Of a stretch of 64,000 nucleotides of DNA, positions 1 to 8,717 are shown in pieces. A program made the translations under genes and the position numbers. Origin of the DNA: Candidatus Gottesmanbacteria bacterium (GTDB lineage: Bacteria; Patescibacteriota; Microgenomatia; UBA10105; UBA927); the NCBI GenBank assembly GCA_963714095.1, contig OY970230.1:596084-660083 (forward strand). The letters run 5' to 3'. Below the pieces are notes generated by a model that worked only from the letters and a program-made list of their open reading frames with translations, did not search any database and had not been told where the DNA came from. The number at the start of each line of letters is the position of its first letter. Position 1 is the stretch's first letter.

Positions 1-71
1 CGAACCCACGGTCAGCTTGCGCCGACATTAGTTTTCAAGACTAACGCACTAAACCACTATGCGACCTCTCC
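1..71 (-). tRNA. tRNA-Ser(UGA), 3' part truncated by the window edge
   Basis: Reverse complement reads GGAGAGG-T-C-GCA-TAGTGGTTTAG-TGC-G-TTAGT-CTTGAAA-ACTAA followed by a long variable arm (TGTCGGCGCAAGCTGACCG) and the start of a T stem (TGGGTTCG). Acceptor stem, 3-bp D stem with GG in the loop, 5-bp anticodon stem and a 7-nt loop with anticodon TGA fit a class II (Ser) tRNA. Confidence 0.55.
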
Positions 72-75
72 CGGG

Positions 76-161
76 CGGAGAGTGTGGGAGTTGAACCCAC
101 TCAGGACTATTCATCCCGCAGGTTTAGCAAACCTGTGCATTACCGTTCTGCCCACTCTCCG
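76..161 (-). tRNA. tRNA-Ser(GCU)
   Basis: Reverse complement gives a perfect 7-bp acceptor stem (GGAGAGT/ACTCTCC) and a GCA/TGC D stem. The anticodon arm is CAGGT-TTGCTAA-ACCTG (anticodon GCT). A long variable arm (CGGGATGAATAGTCCTGA) and a T arm GTGGG-TTCAACT-CCCAC follow. CCA is not encoded. It lies 4 nt from the neighbouring partial tRNA-Ser. Confidence 0.7.
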
Positions 162-196
162 TGGCACCAATTATACCAAGAAACGGGCCAAACCGC

Positions 197-835
197 TTAA
201 TCATTACTTTCAATGATCCATGCCTTTCCCGAAAAAATCGTAATCACTGCCTGCCTTCCGGTTACTTCATTACTTACACCGCGTGTGGTGCCGCGGATAA
301 GTTTCGTTTTGGGTAAATCGTAGCGAAAACCGGATAATGAAAGAATTATTTCTTTTGTATATGGAAGAATCGATACATACCGATAGTCTCCCAAACAATT
401 CAATATTGTGCGACCTCTCCTCACGAGTCGAACGCGGTTATTTTTATCCACTAACACGTGCGGTATTTGGGCGGTTAAAAGCGAATCCAATACACTTAAT
501 GTAGCCATAGAATGATCAATTCTGCTCCCCGTCCCGCCGAGAATCAGGACTTCGATTGGTTTCTTTTCAATCGCTCGGACGACGGCAAGCTCCATATCCG
601 TCCGATCTTTATCTTTTGGATAGTGCTGAATAGTCTGAACGGATTGATGAATTGTTTTTAATTCTTCCTCCGTTACCGAATCAAAATCGCCGATGGCAAC
701 GTCAGGAACTCTCCCCTGCTCAATCAGCCAATACGCAGCCCGATCAACGCCGATGACATAATCTTCCGGCTTAACTAAAGCAAGATATTTTTTCGAAAGT
801 ACTCCGTTGCCGACTATAACGACTTTTCGTTTCAT
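197..835 (-). CDS. thiamine pyrophosphokinase (start trimmed to internal Met, MKRKVVIVGNG)
   Basis: TPK-like N-terminus (VVIVGNG ... GDFDS) and C-terminal thiamine-binding region. The long ORF-track start would overlap the upstream ComF gene, so the internal Met is preferred. Confidence 0.7.
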   Translation of the reverse strand: MKRKVVIVGNGVLSKKYLALVKPEDYVIGVDRAAYWLIEQGRVPDVAIGDFDSVTEEELKTIHQSVQTIQHYPKDKDRTDMELAVVRAIEKKPIEVLILGGTGSRIDHSMATLSVLDSLLTAQIPHVLVDKNNRVRLVRRGRTILNCLGDYRYVSILPYTKEIILSLSGFRYDLPKTKLIRGTTRGVSNEVTGRQAVITIFSGKAWIIESND

Positions 836-840
836 ATATC

Positions 841-1500
841 CTATCGGGCTATTGAAACAGCCCAAACGCTCGCCGCTCCCGCCCGTTTTAATGCAATAGC
901 TGCACTTCTCATGGTCGCGCCTGTAGTACATACATCATCAAACAGGAGAACCCTGCCATAAAATTTTTTACTACTAAAAATATGTTTCATATTCTCGAGC
1001 CTGTCAGCCCGCTTCTTTATAGATGCTTGCGGCACTGTCTCTTTCATCCGCCGAAGAATATCAGTTCTAACTGTTATATTCAACCGATTTGCAAGAATGG
1101 TTCCCAAAATTTCCGCCTGATTAAATCCACGATCACGAAAACGGTTCGGATGAAGTGGAACAGGGATTAAAACATAATTGTTAAAATCGGGAACTGAAAT
1201 GAGACTAATAAATTCTTTCGATAAATCGGGAACTAACCTATATTTAATTGTCTTAATCGCTTTCCGTACGGGTCCGTCGTAATGGAAAAAACTCGTCAAT
1301 CCGTCGATACAGTAGCGTGTCCTGCATCCCGGATGAGTAACACCCTCAAAGGCCAGTCTTCCGCATATGGGGCAAATCAGCTCGTTGGGCCCAATCGGAC
1401 GCATTTTCTTCCGGCAAACCGAGCAAAAATAGTTCCCGATCCTCCCGCATCCGACACAGCGTTTGGGGAAAATAAAATCAAGAAGGTTCATTAAAACCAT
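841..1500 (-). CDS. comF: ComF family protein (phosphoribosyltransferase-type competence protein ComFC)
   Basis: N-terminal double CxxC zinc-finger region (CVGCG...CSVC...CPICG) and C-terminal PRTase motif (VLLFDDVCTTGAT). Confidence 0.8.
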   Translation of the reverse strand: MVLMNLLDFIFPKRCVGCGRIGNYFCSVCRKKMRPIGPNELICPICGRLAFEGVTHPGCRTRYCIDGLTSFFHYDGPVRKAIKTIKYRLVPDLSKEFISLISVPDFNNYVLIPVPLHPNRFRDRGFNQAEILGTILANRLNITVRTDILRRMKETVPQASIKKRADRLENMKHIFSSKKFYGRVLLFDDVCTTGATMRSAAIALKRAGAASVWAVSIAR

Positions 1501-1502
1501 TA

Positions 1503-1881
1503 TAGTGGAGACGGAGAGTAATGAGCTCTCGTCCAGAGCGATGTCCTAAAACATATCTACAGGCGTAGTCAATCTTTATAGTCGCTATCCCTTGTCCGAT
1601 TGACAGGAAAAGAATAGCCAAGACGTATTAAGCTTTACTACAAAGGAACGCCAAACCTTTGTAGCTGCATTCGGGCTGTGTTTACGCCTCAAAAATCCCA
1701 CCCAAAAAAGATTTATGAGACGGCCTTAGGCGTTAAGAACAGCGAACTGTCTTGGCGCGAATAAGGCTGCTATATCGTTTCGGATATCAGCATTTAGTTT
1801 TTGACTCGTGTTTTGCGACTCTAAGTCAAAGTCGGCCTGCAATGTTAAAGAGCTTCGGACTGTCGAATCTTGTACGTCCCC
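1503..1881 (-). ncRNA. ssrA: tmRNA (SsrA)
   Basis: Minus strand starts GGGGACGTACAAGATTCGACAGTCCG, matching the canonical tmRNA 5' end GGGG...GAUUCGAC. The 3' end is ...GGACGAGAGCTCATTACTCTC-CGTCTCC-A, which pairs with the 5' end and gives a G3:U70 wobble (tRNA-Ala identity). A tag-like ORF ends ...FAVLNA-TAA. smpB lies immediately upstream. Length about 379 nt. Confidence 0.6.
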
Positions 1882-1882
1882 A

Positions 1883-2326
1883 TTATTTTACTTTCCCCCG
1901 ATACTGCCGCTCAAGCTCGCGCCGCTGATCTTCTCTGCGTTTCACTTCACGTTTCTCGTACTCCTTTTTCCCGCGCGCAAGACCGATTTCGAGCTTCACA
2001 AGGGGACCTTTAGTATACCAGGAGAGGGGTATCAGGGTCAAATTGGCGCCATCCAGCTTGCTCTTTAACCGTATAAGTTCAGCCTTGTGAAGCAAAAGTT
2101 TCCGGGTTCTCTTCGGGTCGTAGCCTTCGGGCCGGGCATAAATATAGGGGAAAATCTGTGCGTTGACGAGGTACGCCTCACTCCCGATAATCCGCACAAA
2201 CGCACCGGTAAGCTGCGCATGGCCGCTTTTTATGGATTTGACTTCTGCGCCCGTCAAATTAATCCCGGCCTCAAAACGCTCCAGGATCTCATACTCAAAC
2301 GCGGCTTTTTTATTGAAAATTTTCAT
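1883..2326 (-). CDS. smpB: SsrA-binding protein SmpB
   Basis: Typical SmpB sequence (FEYEILERFEAGI..LTGAEVKS...) with a basic C-terminal tail. Confidence 0.9.
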   Translation of the reverse strand: MKIFNKKAAFEYEILERFEAGINLTGAEVKSIKSGHAQLTGAFVRIIGSEAYLVNAQIFPYIYARPEGYDPKRTRKLLLHKAELIRLKSKLDGANLTLIPLSWYTKGPLVKLEIGLARGKKEYEKREVKRREDQRRELERQYRGKVK

Positions 2327-2361
2327 ACAGCCCTGCCTTCGGCAGGCAAGCCTATTTTACG

Positions 2362-4185
2362 CTATTTAAGATCAATTGCGTAGAGCTGTCCGGAGGCTAA
2401 AAGGTATATCTTTTTCTGACTCTCAGATACGGCCAACTGTGTAGGTACAACAGCATCCTTCCAAACGTATTGCGCAATGTACATCCCGTCTTTACCCAAC
2501 ACCACCACGCGTTTATTTTCGCCGTCGAGGACATAGAGGTTCGTCGTTGTATCGCTGGTGTAGACGGTCAGATTTTGCCCGAACGCTGGATCAACACCCT
2601 GCGGGATGAATGTGTCAATTTTCCCCTGAGTAAACTTTATAATGTTTCCGTCGGCGGTCCCGACCCAAACCGACCCGTCAATCGCCATACTTGTTGCACG
2701 GCTCAAATCAGGAAGCGTATCGGGGTTGAGATACTCCCGAAGTTCTGAAAAACCCGTATCGGTCGCCACATACTTCCAAATACGGCTTTTCTCTCTGTCC
2801 AACAAATACAGATTACCCCCGAAAGAAATCAGTGACGAAATGGTTCCCCACTGCGGATCTTTTTTTACGACGTTTGCCACTGTTTGTTTATCCGTTAACC
2901 CGACCTCATTAATACCCGAATCCGTCAACACATAGACATTCGTACCGTGAATCGCGACGTACGAGAGTCCGACATACGATTGACCGCCGCCTACTACCTG
3001 CGCATTTTTACTGGTTACATCCACCGCGTAGACTGTTTTGGTTCCCTGATCCGTGATACCCATTGTTGTATCCTCAAACCCGATGAAAGAAATTTTTCCG
3101 TCTTTCTTTACAAGCCCTGCATCAAAAAATAGCTCCGGTTTCACGTTGTAGATCTGCATGGCTAATGTAAGATTATCCGTTACCTGACCGTAGAGATTTG
3201 CAACTTCTATACCTTCCTCGCTTCGCGGCGAAACGGAAGAGCGCAATGGATCCAATAATTGCTTTGCTGCAACCAGCCGCTCGCGGCCCTTCACGGGATT
3301 GAGTGACGCAAGAGCGACTCCTTCATCCAATGCATGCTGCGCATCATTTATAGTACTCACGACTGATTGATTTTTCACCTGCGTCACCTGTTTGACGACA
3401 CCCAATAAAACGCTGACGGCAAAGACTGTTCCTAAGGCAACCGTCAGTATCGCGGTTGCTTTTTTCGGATGCGAACGGATCCTGCGAATGGTCGATTTTA
3501 TGTATATCGGGGAAAAATAATGCCGGAGACTCCTTAAATTCCGCGGGTGAAACCATAAAGGCAACAGGGGTGTTGTTTCTTTAACAGCCGATCCGGTCAC
3601 ATGAACCCGTGTGTCCGGAATCTCTAAATCGTAGAAGTCGTGGATCTGCAGGATAAGTGCAGCGCTCCCCTCTCCGTACTCTTTTTCGTGAAGAAGCAGC
3701 GTTAAGCGTTCGGCGACCTCAGCGGTAGGCAAATGATCAAACACCTGTGTCAGCTCTTCCTGACGGATTGCTTTGGAAAATTCAGCAGATGTCAGAAGGA
3801 GTGTGTCACCGATTTTTACCTCGCCCGAAATTTCTCCGGATCCGTGGATAAGATTGGCAAATTCACGTCCTCGCTTGAGATACACATTTCCGGCGCCGGA
3901 AAGTACGATATAAAAAATATTGCCGACGGGAACAGCAACCAGTATGGTACGGACTCCGTCTTCCGTTGCACCGGCCACAATACGGGAAAGTGCTTTGAGG
4001 CTTACGGGGTCATCGGTCAATTGTTGGCTGAGTGTGCTTAATACATGAATTCCTGCGGCTCTTGCGGCCCCGTCCGCAAACGCTACCTCAACAACACCGT
4101 AAGCGTTGGGCAACTGGAGTATTTGTGCCCAATGGGTAACGCTGGTAGGCCCCACTACAGACCCTATCAAAGGCTTGATATGCAT
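2362..4185 (-). CDS. hypothetical membrane protein: N-terminal cytoplasmic domain, one TM helix, C-terminal beta-propeller-like repeat domain
   Basis: 607-aa ORF with a central hydrophobic helix (AILTVALGTVFAVSVLLGVV). The C-terminal half has repeated YV.D/LYxLD-type blades (NLYLLD, NVYVLTD, NLYVLDG, KIYLLASGQLYAIDL). Confidence 0.55.
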   Translation of the reverse strand: MHIKPLIGSVVGPTSVTHWAQILQLPNAYGVVEVAFADGAARAAGIHVLSTLSQQLTDDPVSLKALSRIVAGATEDGVRTILVAVPVGNIFYIVLSGAGNVYLKRGREFANLIHGSGEISGEVKIGDTLLLTSAEFSKAIRQEELTQVFDHLPTAEVAERLTLLLHEKEYGEGSAALILQIHDFYDLEIPDTRVHVTGSAVKETTPLLPLWFHPRNLRSLRHYFSPIYIKSTIRRIRSHPKKATAILTVALGTVFAVSVLLGVVKQVTQVKNQSVVSTINDAQHALDEGVALASLNPVKGRERLVAAKQLLDPLRSSVSPRSEEGIEVANLYGQVTDNLTLAMQIYNVKPELFFDAGLVKKDGKISFIGFEDTTMGITDQGTKTVYAVDVTSKNAQVVGGGQSYVGLSYVAIHGTNVYVLTDSGINEVGLTDKQTVANVVKKDPQWGTISSLISFGGNLYLLDREKSRIWKYVATDTGFSELREYLNPDTLPDLSRATSMAIDGSVWVGTADGNIIKFTQGKIDTFIPQGVDPAFGQNLTVYTSDTTTNLYVLDGENKRVVVLGKDGMYIAQYVWKDAVVPTQLAVSESQKKIYLLASGQLYAIDLK

Positions 4186-4239
4186 ACGTATCCTATTATA
4201 TGTATCTTAGCACGACCGGGAAGTAACGGGAGGAAAATG

Positions 4240-4461
4240 TTACAAAAAAACAACGGATACCGCAAGGAGTATGAGTGTCGCGATAAGATTTGCGATCACG
4301 AAGGATCTGATAATCGGCTGAAACTGTTCTTCCAGGACGTGTGCCATAAGTTGTTCCTGCCGGACAAGCACCCCTGCAAACACGGCATAGATAACGAGGC
4401 TCGCGATCACAAAAATCTTTATTATTAAAAGCATATAGGAGGAAATTATTGTTGGTGTCAT
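4240..4461 (-). CDS. small hypothetical membrane protein (two predicted TM helices)
   Basis: 73-aa hydrophobic ORF overlapping the downstream gene start by 4 nt (possible translational coupling). No homology recognised. Confidence 0.3.
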   Translation of the reverse strand: MTPTIISSYMLLIIKIFVIASLVIYAVFAGVLVRQEQLMAHVLEEQFQPIIRSFVIANLIATLILLAVSVVFL

Positions 4462-5123
4462 ATGGGATCCGGCTCCACACTTTCTGTCAGTTCCCGGATC
4501 GTTTCCACAACCTTTTCCGGAAACGGAATTGCCAAAAATTCAATATTCGGGGCTTCCCCGGCAGTTTCAACAATGACGTTGCCATAATTAAAGATCGTTG
4601 CAAAAATTCCGCCGCTCGTATAGTTAATATCCTGAATTTTAACAAGTTCCGCCTCGGCAAATTTTTTGTATAACAAATACAAAAAATCTATATCGACGAT
4701 CCGCTCATTGGTCACGATATAAATATTAAAAAACCATCCGATGAAGCTTTCCAGGGCAAATCCGAACGTTGCAAGATACCAAAACAGGGTACCGATAACG
4801 TAATATGAAGCGGGAAGTGTCAAATTCAGGCTTAATGCGTGGAACAGGCGGGGAAAAATAAGTGTCGGAGAAATTACCAGAACTATGGTAATCAGTATCC
4901 ATGGAACATTCACGATAAAATGCTGCCGTAAAAACAGGATAACTTTTTCCGCATCCTCCTGGGTTTCGAATCGGAGCGAGGTCGGGTTGACGGCAAAAGC
5001 AGTAAGCGGACGCATCCTGGTCGGCGGCTGGAGCTTCGGAGAAAAATGCCTGGTTTTCGATACCGTCGAGGCGGGCACAGGGGCGGGGGCGGGCTTTGTT
5101 GGTGATACAAATATGGTCGGCAC
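4458..5123 (-). CDS. membrane protein with bacterial PH-like (bPH_2/YdbS-like) domain
   Basis: Pro-rich N-terminus, two TM helices, then a domain with NERIVDIDF...NYGNVIVETAGE...IPFPEKV that resembles DUF304/bPH_2. Confidence 0.45.
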   Translation of the reverse strand: MPTIFVSPTKPAPAPVPASTVSKTRHFSPKLQPPTRMRPLTAFAVNPTSLRFETQEDAEKVILFLRQHFIVNVPWILITIVLVISPTLIFPRLFHALSLNLTLPASYYVIGTLFWYLATFGFALESFIGWFFNIYIVTNERIVDIDFLYLLYKKFAEAELVKIQDINYTSGGIFATIFNYGNVIVETAGEAPNIEFLAIPFPEKVVETIRELTESVEPDPI

Positions 5124-5145
5124 GGGCTTATTGTACTATGGACAC

Positions 5146-6906
5146 TCACTGTTTCTCAACATTATACAGGGGTCCGACGATTTGAATAGTACTTGGCGCC
5201 CGTAAGTTAAAATACGTTTTAAACGTATCGCCGTCAAATGTATGAGTTCCCGCATCTCCGGATACAGTAACTGACATCGTGCGCCCTGTACTAAAATCCG
5301 CGCCTATCGATACGCCGGAAATTGAAGTATATGCGGCGCCTCCTAGTTTAGAGCGGACCGTACCGGCATCCCACGTATCAACTCCATCCGGATTCGGTTT
5401 ATCGGGTTGCGTCAGATGATTTTGAGCACTACTGTCCTGCTGGGCAAGAAGAATAACGTTCACAATATCCGCAAGTTCGTCGGGTTTAAGCCAGGCGGTA
5501 CCGCCGTAATCACTTCTTCCTCCCCAATCACAATAAAACCAGGGAGAGTCGCGGTCATATGCTTTACTGTTTAAATCCGAAAAACTCGCGACAGGTCCGG
5601 TTGTATCAACAGCCCGCTTCGTATACGAAGTACTCGACCACCCCTGCAAATCTCCTGTAGCAAACACATATCCTCCGTGGGTTGAAGAGAAAAATGCTTT
5701 AATCGGAGAACCTCCCTGCATCATGACCTGACCTGCCGTTCCTGCGACCGCAGCGTCCCAATTCCCGCCTTTAGGATTCGGCTGAAACACCTGACACTGC
5801 TGGGTCGTACAGATAGATCCGGCACCGTTATTCGTATACGCCATGACGTATGACCGTACGGCAATTGCCTGAGCCTTGAGGGCGGCCAAATTATTATCCG
5901 TCCAGGAATCTGGTACTTCATACACCCGTTTCACATAATCCTCCAGCGAGAAATCGCCGTATCCGTCCACATGAATTTTTGTATTGGTATCGACGTTTGA
6001 AATGGAGTCAAAATTGTAATATGCCCGCAGAATTGTTTCATCGTCCTGTCCGGCTTTTGCCCGTCCCCATGCCCCATATTGATTTAACCCGACACGGTTT
6101 GGTACGCCGTACGTAAAAAATCCGAATCCGCCGCTAAAGCCCGGGTTTTTCCCGTTTGTCAGGTCACTGGAACAGCCACCACCGCTGATTGCGAAAAGCG
6201 GTATACCTAATCCCGAAAGTTTTTGGCTTAAAAACTCCTGCTGACGGGCGCTGATAACCGCAATATACCCCTGAACCGTCGATTCATACGCATCTGCCTG
6301 AGCAACTAAAGCGCGGACAGCTACCGCCCTCCTGTCCGTGTCAGCCTTGAGCGCCGCGAGTGTGGCTTTTTCATCTTCCAGCGCTTTCTTTTTATCCTCA
6401 AGGTCTTTCACAGAAACGGCAATCTGCGTAATAACTTTTTTATCTTCGTTCACTGCAGCCTGCTGATACCCCATGGTTCGCACTGCCGACCCGATGTTAG
6501 TTGAGGAAAGAAGCAAATACATAGGGTTTAACGTGTAACTGCGCATATAAAACTGACGGATGCGTTCATCAGCCAGCGCTAACGACGCTTCCAGTTCTTT
6601 CTCCCCGGCTGCAATTTCCTGCGTTTTTGTAGCGACATCCGCCTCAATCACGGTAATGCGCGCCTCAAACGCGGCGATCGCCTTGTTCATACTATCCAGT
6701 TCGTCCCGCGACGGACGGACTGCATTTTCCATATTCTGGATACTCTCGCCGCATTTTGCCAACAATCCCCGCAAAAAATCCTGATCTGTGCTTGTCTGCA
6801 CTTTCGCGATATTATCCGGCGTACATTCCTGAGCAATAACGTGCGGCGGGAACATGCTGATACTCAGTGCTACAACAACCAACAACAGCCAGCTTATTCG
6901 TTTCAT
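5146..6906 (-). CDS. secreted SpoIID/LytB-domain protein with N-terminal coiled-coil region
   Basis: Signal peptide (MKRISWLLLVVVALSISMF..AQ), a coiled-coil segment (EKELEASLALADE..KKKALEDEKATLAALKAD), and a C-terminal region with a SpoIID-like motif (ALKAQAIAVRSYVMAYT) and a Gly-rich segment. Confidence 0.55.
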   Translation of the reverse strand: MKRISWLLLVVVALSISMFPPHVIAQECTPDNIAKVQTSTDQDFLRGLLAKCGESIQNMENAVRPSRDELDSMNKAIAAFEARITVIEADVATKTQEIAAGEKELEASLALADERIRQFYMRSYTLNPMYLLLSSTNIGSAVRTMGYQQAAVNEDKKVITQIAVSVKDLEDKKKALEDEKATLAALKADTDRRAVAVRALVAQADAYESTVQGYIAVISARQQEFLSQKLSGLGIPLFAISGGGCSSDLTNGKNPGFSGGFGFFTYGVPNRVGLNQYGAWGRAKAGQDDETILRAYYNFDSISNVDTNTKIHVDGYGDFSLEDYVKRVYEVPDSWTDNNLAALKAQAIAVRSYVMAYTNNGAGSICTTQQCQVFQPNPKGGNWDAAVAGTAGQVMMQGGSPIKAFFSSTHGGYVFATGDLQGWSSTSYTKRAVDTTGPVASFSDLNSKAYDRDSPWFYCDWGGRSDYGGTAWLKPDELADIVNVILLAQQDSSAQNHLTQPDKPNPDGVDTWDAGTVRSKLGGAAYTSISGVSIGADFSTGRTMSVTVSGDAGTHTFDGDTFKTYFNLRAPSTIQIVGPLYNVEKQ

Positions 6907-6983
6907 ACGGGAAATCCGGCAATTTTCTTTCCGGTGAGTCTATTGTATCATGAGCACAGAGGTCTTTTTTAAAAAATATCCCG

Positions 6984-7820
6984 ATGCGGAAAAAATTATT
7001 TTACGTTCTTTTTTTACTAGTCTTCAGTTCCTTGCTTCCCAAAGCAAACGTTGTGAAAGCACAGGGATACATCTACTGCGTCGTGGATGTTCAGGGCTGC
7101 ATACTTAATGTTACGGGTCATCCGGGCGGAGGAGCAATAAATTGTGATACTGGATATGTACCACCTTGCCCTTCAACTGCTCCTGACTGCTGCACATATT
7201 ACGCTACAACACATAACAACAACTGTCCTAACCAGGTTGCGTGTGTTAACCCCGCCGCGCCGACTCCTACACCGACACCAACACCAACCGGTCCGACGCC
7301 TACACCAAATGTAAACGATCCTTGTTATATCCTTCATCAAACTAATCCGACATTATGCAGTGGCAGTGTCCCCTGTAATGATCCTACTAACAATGTCTGT
7401 CAAACGGATCCGAGTCTTCCTGCCCCTTGCACCGGAAAATGTGTATCGAAATCAACCGGACAGAGCGGTACGGCACCCGGCGACGTTTGTAATTTTGCAG
7501 GTACCCAGAAAACCGCGTGCCAAGGGTGTATGGCCAACGGAGCCGGCGCCTGGACTGCACTCGGGTGTATCCATGCCACCCCTCAACTGTTTATTACTGA
7601 AATACTGCGGGTGGGTATCGATATTGCCGGAGGCATTGCACTCCTCCTCATCCTTATCGGCGGGTTCCAGGTTTTAACAAGCTCAGGCAACCCGGAACAT
7701 CTCAATGCAGGGAAAGAACTGATCACCAGCGCCATTGCAGGATTATTGATTATTCTTTTTTCCCTCTTCATTCTCCAACTCATCGGAGTTAAAATATTTG
7801 CTATACCGGGATTTGGATAA
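6984..7820 (+). CDS. Cys-rich secreted protein fused to C-terminal T4SS-pilin-like membrane domain (paralog A)
   Basis: Signal peptide, about 150 aa with over 25 Cys and a PTPTPTPTPTGPTPTP linker, then a pilin-type domain (GIDIAGGIALLLILIGGFQVLTSSGNPEHLNAGKELITSAIAGLLIIL). The last 115 aa are identical to the next gene. Confidence 0.7.
   Translation: MRKKLFYVLFLLVFSSLLPKANVVKAQGYIYCVVDVQGCILNVTGHPGGGAINCDTGYVPPCPSTAPDCCTYYATTHNNNCPNQVACVNPAAPTPTPTPTPTGPTPTPNVNDPCYILHQTNPTLCSGSVPCNDPTNNVCQTDPSLPAPCTGKCVSKSTGQSGTAPGDVCNFAGTQKTACQGCMANGAGAWTALGCIHATPQLFITEILRVGIDIAGGIALLLILIGGFQVLTSSGNPEHLNAGKELITSAIAGLLIILFSLFILQLIGVKIFAIPGFG
7469..7819. repeat. 351-bp direct repeat copy 1 (100% identical to 8361..8711)
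   Basis: Base-by-base comparison of the 3' parts of the two Cys-rich pilin-fusion genes shows identity from tacggcacccggcgacg... to ...ccgggatttggata. Flanks diverge immediately outside. Confidence 0.85.
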
Positions 7821-7983
7821 TATCTATAGCGTCAATTATAAATTGTTAACAATCTCCCCTACCTATCGCATCCTGCTGCATAAATACATCTACAGTTAAT
7901 TGCCAGAGAGATCTAAAACAGTTTTGAACCAAGTTCTATACCTCCGATTTGGAAATAATGCATTTATGCTAAACTGAAAAAGA

Positions 7984-8712
7984 ATGAAAAAACTCCTTTT
8001 TTGTTACTTCCTGCTTCTTGTTCTACCTTTTATTCTTCCTAACCATGTTTTGGGTGCACCCAATTGCTCCAAAAAGACTGGAATGATCGTTGCATGTAAG
8101 GACGCAACGCAACCTGTGCAATGTATGGTGGGATTCGATTACTATTGCTGCGCTACACAAAATGACTGTACTCTCCAACAAAATCTGGGAAATGGGAGTA
8201 CCTGCAAAACGGGTGAAGGCGGTGACGATCAACCTTGTTGTGGTGGAGAGGGTGGTTCATGTAATCCAGGCTTAATTTGTACATATAGTACCTCAGGAAC
8301 AGGATCTATCCAACCAGCGAGTTGGAATTGTTTATCACCAAGTGAGATACCAACAGCTAATACGGCACCCGGCGACGTTTGTAATTTTGCAGGTACCCAG
8401 AAAACCGCGTGCCAAGGGTGTATGGCCAACGGAGCCGGCGCCTGGACTGCACTCGGGTGTATCCATGCCACCCCTCAACTGTTTATTACTGAAATACTGC
8501 GGGTGGGTATCGATATTGCCGGAGGCATTGCACTCCTCCTCATCCTTATCGGCGGGTTCCAGGTTTTAACAAGCTCAGGCAACCCGGAACATCTCAATGC
8601 AGGGAAAGAACTGATCACCAGCGCCATTGCAGGATTATTGATTATTCTTTTTTCCCTCTTCATTCTCCAACTCATCGGAGTTAAAATATTTGCTATACCG
8701 GGATTTGGATAG
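7984..8712 (+). CDS. Cys-rich secreted protein fused to C-terminal T4SS-pilin-like membrane domain (paralog B)
   Basis: Signal peptide (MKKLLFCYFLLLVLPFILPNHVLG), an N-terminal Cys-rich domain different from paralog A, then an identical C-terminal 115 aa. Confidence 0.7.
   Translation: MKKLLFCYFLLLVLPFILPNHVLGAPNCSKKTGMIVACKDATQPVQCMVGFDYYCCATQNDCTLQQNLGNGSTCKTGEGGDDQPCCGGEGGSCNPGLICTYSTSGTGSIQPASWNCLSPSEIPTANTAPGDVCNFAGTQKTACQGCMANGAGAWTALGCIHATPQLFITEILRVGIDIAGGIALLLILIGGFQVLTSSGNPEHLNAGKELITSAIAGLLIILFSLFILQLIGVKIFAIPGFG
8361..8711. repeat. 351-bp direct repeat copy 2 (100% identical to 7469..7819)
   Basis: See copy 1. Confidence 0.85.
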
Positions 8713-8717
8713 AGATT

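Noticed and set aside
1808-2068. ORF 1808-2068(+) and ORFs 2087-2383(+), 2163-2369(+)
   Set aside because: They overlap the tmRNA gene and smpB on the opposite strand and have no motifs. Most likely spurious.
7360-7677. ORFs 7360-7677(+), 7583-7783(-), 8229-8471(-), 8342-8569(+), 8475-8723(-) with duplicated protein sequences
   Set aside because: They are alternative-frame or antisense shadows of the 351-bp direct repeat inside the two Cys-rich pilin-fusion genes. Their duplication simply reflects the nucleotide repeat.
7469-8711. Possibility that the identical 351-bp repeats are a diversity-generating retroelement TR/VR pair
   Set aside because: The copies are 100% identical (no adenine-specific differences). 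No reverse transcriptase or accessory gene is nearby. The repeat is much longer than typical VRs.
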